NCBI GenBank assembly: GCA_050015895.1 | Contig: JBEKAN010000003.1 | Location: 1-37,744, forward strand | From: Verrucomicrobiota bacterium | GTDB taxonomy: Bacteria > Verrucomicrobiota > Verrucomicrobiia > Limisphaerales > Palsa-1400 | Direction: 5' to 3' | DNA: 37,744 nt | Shown here: positions 1 through 5,939 of the stretch, one piece after another | Numbering within the stretch: the first letter of the stretch is position 1 | Layout of the letters: each line of letters begins with the position of its first letter | Notes under the pieces: generated by a model | Seen by the model: the letters and a program-made list of their open reading frames with translations, nothing else | The model's database searches: none | Told to the model about the DNA's origin: nothing | Made by a program: the position numbers and the translations under genes

Positions 1-33
1 CAAGTTCGCTATGAACCCTTCCGGCCAAGCCCC

Positions 34-129
34 CTGTCCTCCGTCCCGTCCGCCGTAGCTCCGGCCGCCGGAGCGAAGGTGGAAGCTTTCCTGTCCTCCG
101 TAGCGGCAGCGAAGGAGGAAGCGAAGGCG
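34..129. repeat. Nested REP-like hairpins with GTA/GAA internal loop
   Basis: TCCGCC-GTA-GCTCCGGC-C-GCCGGAGC-GAA-GGTGGA at 49-83 and TCCTCC-GTA-GC-GGCA-GC-GAA-GGAGGA at 94-119. Partial outer arms at 34-43 and 120-129. Confidence 0.75.
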
Positions 130-130
130 C

Positions 131-180
131 AAATCGTGCATAATCGTGTCCAATCGTGCATAATCGTGCATAATCGTGGT
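131..180. repeat. Tandem decamer array (nAATCGTGCA consensus) x5
   Basis: aaatcgtgca taatcgtgtc caatcgtgca taatcgtgca taatcgtggt, read directly. Confidence 0.9.
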
Positions 181-346
181 ATGTTTTTGTTCAAACCCTC
201 TTTTATCCCTCATCTTGCGTGTCCTTCACGCTTCCTCCCATCCCTGCCAGCCATCGAGAACGACGGCCGGCAGGGATGTTTCTGCCAACAAATCGAGTTT
301 CGCCTCGACGGCGTCCCGCCCGACCGCCAAACTTGAGCCTTTGAGA

Positions 347-1411
347 ATGATCATTCCCGAAACCATGCGGGCCGTCGTCTATCACGGCGCCAACGACCTC
401 CGGCTCCAAACCGTGCCCGTGCCGGAAATCCAACCCGGCGAACTGCTCGTCCGCGTCGCCGTCTGTGGTGTCTGCCCGACCGACATCAAAAAAATCCACC
501 TCGGCGCCCTCTCCCCGCCGCGTATCTTCGGACACGAAACAGCCGGCGTCATCGTCAGGATCGGCGCGGGCGTCAGGAAGTTCCGCCTTGGCGACCGCGT
601 CGCCCTGCACCATCACGTCCCTTGTTTGAATTGTGATTTCTGCCGGCGCCGTGCCTTCGCCCAGTGCCCGGGCTACAAGCGCACGGGCGTCACCGCCGGC
701 TTCGAGCCGGCGGGGGGCGGTTTTGCCGAATTCGTGCGCGTCATGCCCTTCGTCCTGCCCGGTGTGGTGAAAATCCCCGCGCCCAATTCCTTCGAGGAAG
801 GCGCCATGCTCGAGCCGGTCAACACCGTTCTCAAAGCCGTCCTCCGCCTCGCCTTGCGGCCGGGCGACCACGTGCTGGTCGTCGGCCAGGGGCCTATTGG
901 CCTGATGTTCACACGCCTGTTCCGACTGCGCGGCGTCAAAGTCATCGCCACCGATTTGATGGATTCCCGAATCAAATTGGCCCGTCAATGGGGTGCCGTC
1001 GCCGCTTTCAAAGCCACACACAGCAATCTCCTTGCCAAAATCAGAAATACCGCTCCCTGCCTGGACGCCGCCGTGGTGGCAGTTCCGTCGCAAGAGGCTC
1101 TTACTCAGGCATTTGCGCTGGTGCGGGGTTCCGGCAAAATACTTCTCTTCGCCCACACGCGGCGCGGGGATGCCAGCCTCTTGGACCTCTCGAACGTCTG
1201 TGTGGACGAGAAAGATCTGCTGGGCAGCTATTCATCCGATTTCACTTTGCAAGCAGAGGTTGCTCGCCTGGTTTTTACCCGGCAACTGGACACCCGGAGG
1301 CTGATCACTCACCGTTTTCCGCTCAAAATGGCCGCCTCGGCGGTCGCTCTGGCTGGCTCGCCAGTATCGAAATCGTTGAAAGTCGTTGTGAATCAACCAC
1401 TTGCAACATAA
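347..1411 (+). CDS. Zinc-dependent alcohol/sugar-alcohol dehydrogenase (MDR family)
   Basis: Catalytic CGVCPTD and GHE motifs, structural-Zn CLNCDFC..C, and Rossmann GQGPIG. Start placed at ATG 347 (MIIPETMRAVV); the upstream ORF extension is not family-like. Confidence 0.9.
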   Translation: MIIPETMRAVVYHGANDLRLQTVPVPEIQPGELLVRVAVCGVCPTDIKKIHLGALSPPRIFGHETAGVIVRIGAGVRKFRLGDRVALHHHVPCLNCDFCRRRAFAQCPGYKRTGVTAGFEPAGGGFAEFVRVMPFVLPGVVKIPAPNSFEEGAMLEPVNTVLKAVLRLALRPGDHVLVVGQGPIGLMFTRLFRLRGVKVIATDLMDSRIKLARQWGAVAAFKATHSNLLAKIRNTAPCLDAAVVAVPSQEALTQAFALVRGSGKILLFAHTRRGDASLLDLSNVCVDEKDLLGSYSSDFTLQAEVARLVFTRQLDTRRLITHRFPLKMAASAVALAGSPVSKSLKVVVNQPLAT

Positions 1412-1527
1412 AAAAGAATTTCTATTTTGTCGCAAAAAACACTTTACATTTTCACACAAATGATGCAAAGTATCCCTATCAGAGCACGTGATAGGCGTTG
1501 AAAACGCGGGCAAATGCCAGTTGAGGC

Positions 1528-1587
1528 AAAAAAAAGTGAAAAAAAGTGAAAAAAAACGTTGACGCGGGCCTTGAAGTTTGAGAAATT
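1528..1587 (+). promoter_or_regulatory. Putative sigma70 promoter with phased A-tracts (UP-element-like)
   Basis: Three A7-8 tracts at about 10-bp spacing, then TTGACG (1559-1564), 17 bp, and GAAATT preceded by TG. Lies upstream of the ATG at 1629. Confidence 0.45.
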
Positions 1588-1628
1588 GCACACACACACG
1601 GTAACAAAACATTAAAAAAGAAAGAAAT

Positions 1629-2285
1629 ATGAGAACAAAATCAATCATTCTGTCGGCAATCGTCGGCGCGCTCAGCAGCGTGTCCCTGATGGCGCAAGTT
1701 TACTCCCTCAACGCGGTCGGTTACATCAATGTCACCTGCCCTTCGGGATTCTCGATCATCGCCAATCAGTTGGTCTCCTCCAACAACAACATCTCCCCGC
1801 TGCTGGATTCGCAGTTGCTTGATGGCGCTCACGACGGGGTGATCATCTTCAAGTACGAGGAAGGGAGCTTTGTGTCGTTTGTTGTCAACAGTTCCGCCGC
1901 TTGGTCATCCAGCAGCGTGACGAGCACCACGATGAATCCTGGCGAGGCTGTTTTCATCTACAATCCGTTAGGATCGAGTTTCAATCTCACCTTTGTCGGT
2001 CATGTGCCGCAAGGAAGCATTTGGGCCACCAATTCGCTGGTCCAGGGGTTCAACCTGATCAGTTCCATTGTCCCGCAATCCGCCGCGTTGGACACTGGCT
2101 TGGGATTGACGCCCACTGCGGGAGATATCGTCTTCCAGTTGGAAGAGGGCAGTTATGTGTCGGATGTCGTGAACTCCAGCCTTGGCTGGTCTTCGGGTTC
2201 CGCGCCCGTGCCTCCGGTCGGATCTGGATTTTTCTACTACAGCGTCACTGGTGAGAACTGGGTGAACAACTTTTCAGTCAACTAA
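1629..2285 (+). CDS. Secreted Ser-rich hypothetical protein with two internal repeat domains
   Basis: Signal peptide (MRTKSIILSAIVGALSSVSLMA-Q), then VYSLNAVGYINV. Duplicated segments IFKYEEGSFVSFVVNSS..WS and VFQLEEGSYVSDVVNSS..WS. Confidence 0.85.
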   Translation: MRTKSIILSAIVGALSSVSLMAQVYSLNAVGYINVTCPSGFSIIANQLVSSNNNISPLLDSQLLDGAHDGVIIFKYEEGSFVSFVVNSSAAWSSSSVTSTTMNPGEAVFIYNPLGSSFNLTFVGHVPQGSIWATNSLVQGFNLISSIVPQSAALDTGLGLTPTAGDIVFQLEEGSYVSDVVNSSLGWSSGSAPVPPVGSGFFYYSVTGENWVNNFSVN

Positions 2286-2318
2286 CCAAAAAGTTAATTC
2301 AGCATCAATACTAACTAT

Positions 2319-3122
2319 ATGAAAAAAATTGCCATCGTTGGATTGTTGTCATTGTGCGCGGCGGGAGTTTACGCCCAAGGCACGCTGATTTTCTATAACA
2401 ACTTTAGCGACCTTGACTTCCAAATCTATCAGCCCAATCCGAGCAGCCCGGCTGTGCAGCAGGTGGGCGACACCTCGGACCAGGGCACCATCAGCGGCGT
2501 CTCCGGCCCCTACACAACGTACGGTGGGATAGCGATTGGCGGCGCATTGGATCCGTCGCCTTCGACGAGTCTGACGCCCGCGTCATACACGTACGGCAAC
2601 GACTTTACGGCGCAAATTTTTGCGATGTCCGCCGGGAACGCCACTGTGTCTGGTGGATTGCCAATTCCGGCCTTTACCGCCTTGTCGCCGGTCACTCAGT
2701 ATATCGAGCAATTTGCCACCACTTCTGGCGGGGGTGCGAATCTCAACTCGGTGGCCATTCCAGGGGATCCTGGTATTCCAGGCACTGGTTATAGCGGCTC
2801 GGGCCATGGAGCCAACAGCCTTCTCAACAATGCGTTTATCGCCGTTGCGGCATGGTACAATGCGGGTGGCACCATCAACAGTTTGAGTGCGGCACAGACT
2901 GCCAATGTTCCTTGGGGCACATCGGACGTCGCCCTTTTGCAGGGATTGGGTGAGCCTGCCAGCGTGATGACGTCTGACGTTGGCCACATCACTCCTCCAA
3001 CGGTACCGACAGTGCCGTACGGGATTACGAGCTTCAGTTTGATCTCGGTTCCTGAACCGAGCACGATTGCTCTGGGCCTGATGGGCGTTTGCGGGTTCCT
3101 GGCTCGTCGCCGCAAGGCATAA
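2319..3122 (+). CDS. PEP-CTERM sorting domain protein
   Basis: Signal peptide. C-terminal VPEPSTIALGLMGVCGFLARRRKA fits the PEP + TM + basic tail pattern. Confidence 0.95.
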   Translation: MKKIAIVGLLSLCAAGVYAQGTLIFYNNFSDLDFQIYQPNPSSPAVQQVGDTSDQGTISGVSGPYTTYGGIAIGGALDPSPSTSLTPASYTYGNDFTAQIFAMSAGNATVSGGLPIPAFTALSPVTQYIEQFATTSGGGANLNSVAIPGDPGIPGTGYSGSGHGANSLLNNAFIAVAAWYNAGGTINSLSAAQTANVPWGTSDVALLQGLGEPASVMTSDVGHITPPTVPTVPYGITSFSLISVPEPSTIALGLMGVCGFLARRRKA

Positions 3123-3140
3123 TCCAGTTTTTCCCCTCAC

Positions 3141-3171
3141 GAGCCGCCTCTCAAAGGGCGGCTCTTTTTTT
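3141..3171 (+). terminator. Rho-independent terminator
   Basis: GAGCCGCC..GGCGGCTC stem followed by T7, just after the PEP-CTERM stop. Confidence 0.85.
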
Positions 3172-3224
3172 GTCCTTGTTTTTGACGGCGGGCTGGTGGC
3201 ACAATGGGGCGCTCTGACAGAAAT

Positions 3225-3299
3225 GGCGCGTTCGTCTATCAGTTAGGACACGGCCCTCTCAAGGCTGAAAGACGGGTGCGATTCCCGTACGCGCTACCA
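3225..3299 (+). tRNA. tRNA-Glu (anticodon CTC)
   Basis: Acceptor GGCGCGT/ACGCGCT plus ACCA end. Anticodon arm CGGCC-CT-CTC-AA-GGCTG. T arm ACGGG-TGCGATT-CCCGT. Confidence 0.93.
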
Positions 3300-3331
3300 C
3301 TTCCGGCCCCTTCGATTGAAACGGAGAGGAT

Positions 3332-3419
3332 TTGCCGCAAAAGAACGCAGGGAACGCAAAAGATCAACATCATTTCCCTCTGCGTTCTTTGTGTTCTTTT
3401 GCGGCAATCTTCTTTTTTT
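3332..3419. repeat. Long palindromic element with 9-nt periodic arms, followed by a T-run
   Basis: Arms 3332-3361 (TTGCCGCAAAAGAACGCAGGGAACGCAAAA) and 3378-3407 are reverse complements at 25/30 positions. T-rich tail at 3408-3419. Confidence 0.85.
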
Positions 3420-3457
3420 AGGTTCAATGTTGAGGCGGTTCAGGTAAGCTTGCCCCT

Positions 3458-5770
3458 GTGAACGGCAAAAATAACTCCTCAAAGGTCCTGGTCTCCCTGG
3501 CTCTGGCGCTGGGCACGGCCTTTCTCTACGCGCCCGTCCTGGGCTTTGATTTTGTCAACTACGACGACCCGTTGTATGTGATCAACAATTTCCATATCCG
3601 GTCCCTCAACCACCAGTTCCTGGTCTGGTGCTTTCAACCCGGGTACGCCTTCATGTGGCATCCGCTGACGTGGATGTCGCACGCGCTGGATTTTCAGTTC
3701 TACGGGATTCTCCACCCCGGCGGGCACCACGCCACGAGCCTGGCGCTGCACATCCTGAATTCGATTCTGCTTTTCCTGCTTCTGAACCGGATGACCAAGG
3801 CCCTGTGGCGCAGCGCCATCGTGGCGGCGCTCTTCGCCTGGCACCCGCTCCACGTCGAGTCCGTGGCTTGGATTTCCGAGCGCAAGGACGTGTTGAGCGC
3901 CTTCTTTTGGATGCTGACAATCTGGGCCTACATCCGTTACGTGGAGGAAAACACCAAGAAAAACCACGGCTTCCCTCGCGGATCAGCCGGATCATCTTCT
4001 CCCAATCCTAATCCTAATCTTAATCCTAATCTTAATCCTAATCCTAATCCTAATCCTAATCCCTCTTCATCCGTGCCATCCGTGAAATCCGTTCGCACAC
4101 TTGGTGCGCCTCCTGATATTGTGCTGACTGTAAAATCCGGTTCTTCCGCGGCTTTTTACATTCTGGCTCTGCTGTTTTTCGCGCTGGGGTTGATGGCCAA
4201 ACCGATGGTCGTCACGCTGCCGTTCGTTCTGCTGCTGCTGGATTGGTGGCCGTTGCGGCGGATCAATCCCGGTGGGGCGGGACCCTGTCCAGCCCCATTG
4301 AATCCGGAGGAAATAAAGAGTCACGGCTCGACAGAGTCTCGCCCTACCGGGGTTGTTGCAACCGTGCTGCGGTTGTTGGCTGAGAAAATCCCGTTCTTTG
4401 GTTTCTCCGTCATTGCAAGTTTTGTCACGCTTGGGGCCGCCAGCCGGACGATCCTGCCGCTGGCCAGCTTTTCACTCGTCTCGCGTCTCACCACCGCCGT
4501 CGTGATGTACTGGCGCTACATCCAGAAGATGATCTGGCCGCAAAACATGGTAGTTGCCTATCCTTTTGATTACCCCTACTCCGGACAGGAGGTGCTGACG
4601 GCGGGGGTGTTTGTCATCGTAGTTTCCGTAATCGCCATCCGTCTCTGGAAAAAGCGGCCGTTCTGGCTGACGGGGTGGTTTTCGTACCTCGGCATATTGG
4701 TTCCTGTGATCGGCCTGGTGCAGGTGGGGGCGCAGCCGATGGCGGACCGCTACACCTACCTCTCTTCCATCGGGATTTTCCTGATTGTCTGCTGGGAGGG
4801 TTGGGATATTGCCAGGGACTGGCGGCATGGACGGGCGATCGCCGGGGTGGCGGCGGCGGCGGCGCTGTGGGTTTGTTGTCTGTTGAGCGGGCGCCAGCTT
4901 CAGTACTGGAGAAACCCCTACACCCTCCACCAGCACAGCATTGCCGTGATGCCCAACAGTGTGATTGCCCATACCGATTATGCCGCCTTTCTCCGGGACG
5001 ACCTTCACTTGGAGGCGGCCCGCGCGGAATGCGAGAAGGCCATTCATCTTGACCCGAATTTTGCCTTTGCGCACCAGGTCCTGGGCGGGGTTCTTCTCCT
5101 GGAAGGGAAATTGGAACAGGCGGACGTGGAACTGCGGAAAGCACTGAGTCTTGACCCAAGAAGATTGGATGTTCATGCGGACTTGGGGCAGGTGGCGCTG
5201 GCCCGCAATGCACCTGTCGAGGCCGCCGCGCAATATGGCGCCGTGCTGGCGGCCGAGCCATCCAACCCGCAGGCCCGCGTGGGCCTGGGCCAGGCGCTGG
5301 CCATGCAAGGCAGGCTGGATGACGCGCGCGCCCAGCTTGTGGAGGCGTTGCGGCTCACGCCCCAATATCCGGAGGCCCACCATCAATTGGCGGTGGTCCT
5401 TGCCCTGCAGCATCACACCCCGGAGGCGGTGTCGGAATATCGGAAGGCCCTGAAACTGCACCCGGACCGCGCCGACACCTTGAATAATCTGGCGTGGATC
5501 CTGGCCACGGATCCCAGGCCGGAAAATCGCGACGGCGTGGAGGCGGTGAATCTCGCCTTCCGCGCCTGCGTGTTGACCCACGACCAACAGCCGATGATGA
5601 TCGGAACCCTGGCCGCGGCCTACGCCGAGGCCGGGAGTTTTGACGACGCGGTCGCGGCGGCGCAGCGCGCGCATGATCTGGCCGTGGAGCAGGGGAAGCA
5701 GGCGTTGGCGGCCAAAAACCTCGATTTGCTGGCGCTCTACCGCGCCCATCGCGCCTACCATGAGCAATAA
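3458..5770 (+). CDS. TMTC-like membrane glycosyltransferase (GT-C fold, putative protein O-mannosyltransferase) with C-terminal TPRs
   Basis: First-loop NYDD, WHPLHVESVAWISERKDVL, MADRYTY, many TM helices, and TPR repeats ending in LNNLAWILAT. Confidence 0.85.
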   Translation: MNGKNNSSKVLVSLALALGTAFLYAPVLGFDFVNYDDPLYVINNFHIRSLNHQFLVWCFQPGYAFMWHPLTWMSHALDFQFYGILHPGGHHATSLALHILNSILLFLLLNRMTKALWRSAIVAALFAWHPLHVESVAWISERKDVLSAFFWMLTIWAYIRYVEENTKKNHGFPRGSAGSSSPNPNPNLNPNLNPNPNPNPNPSSSVPSVKSVRTLGAPPDIVLTVKSGSSAAFYILALLFFALGLMAKPMVVTLPFVLLLLDWWPLRRINPGGAGPCPAPLNPEEIKSHGSTESRPTGVVATVLRLLAEKIPFFGFSVIASFVTLGAASRTILPLASFSLVSRLTTAVVMYWRYIQKMIWPQNMVVAYPFDYPYSGQEVLTAGVFVIVVSVIAIRLWKKRPFWLTGWFSYLGILVPVIGLVQVGAQPMADRYTYLSSIGIFLIVCWEGWDIARDWRHGRAIAGVAAAAALWVCCLLSGRQLQYWRNPYTLHQHSIAVMPNSVIAHTDYAAFLRDDLHLEAARAECEKAIHLDPNFAFAHQVLGGVLLLEGKLEQADVELRKALSLDPRRLDVHADLGQVALARNAPVEAAAQYGAVLAAEPSNPQARVGLGQALAMQGRLDDARAQLVEALRLTPQYPEAHHQLAVVLALQHHTPEAVSEYRKALKLHPDRADTLNNLAWILATDPRPENRDGVEAVNLAFRACVLTHDQQPMMIGTLAAAYAEAGSFDDAVAAAQRAHDLAVEQGKQALAAKNLDLLALYRAHRAYHEQ
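4004..4063 (+). repeat. In-frame hexamer array (AATCYT) x10 encoding NPNPNLNPNLNPNPNPNPNP
   Basis: Ten consecutive AATCCT/AATCTT units, the last AATCCC. Nested between a degenerate CACGG-type left arm (3963-3993) and (ATCCGTGnn)x3 at 4069-4093. Confidence 0.95.
4271..4348. repeat. In-frame REPIN-like inverted pair of GTAG-type REPs
   Basis: GGTGGGGCGGGACCCTGTCCAGCC (4271-4294) matches the reverse complement of 4325-4348 (GGTAGGGCGAGACTCTGTCGAGCC) at 20/24 positions. Confidence 0.75.
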
Positions 5771-5773
5771 TTC

Positions 5774-5933
5774 TTCTTTTCCTAATCTTAATCCTAATCT
5801 TAATCCTCTCTGCTCCACATGAACCGCCTCTTCGACCATGAAAAGCTGGAAGTTTATCAAGAATCCCTGGCTTTCGTTGCCTGGCTCGAACCGCTGACAC
5901 ATTCGGATTAAGATTAGGATCAGAAGGAAAAGA
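5774..5933. mobile_element. Putative non-autonomous element: inverted (AATCYT)n arrays around a four-helix-bundle gene fragment
   Basis: Left end: TCTTTTCCT plus four AATCYT units (5784-5807). Right end: CGGATT AAGATT AGGATC, then AGGAAAAGA in reverse-complement orientation. Fills the whole spacer between the two TMTC-like genes. Confidence 0.6.
5819..5911 (+). pseudogene. Truncated four-helix-bundle protein (23S rRNA IVS-protein-like) N-terminus
   Basis: Translates MNRLFDHEKLEVYQESLAFVAWLEPLTHSD*. F-x-x-E-K-L-x-V-Y-Q is the characteristic start of this family. The stop falls inside the right-hand repeat array. Too short for the ORF track. Confidence 0.75.
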
Positions 5934-5939
5934 CTTATA

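Noticed and set aside
131-180. CRISPR array
   Set aside because: Units are 10 bp and contiguous, with no spacers and no cas genes. The same applies to all other arrays in the window.
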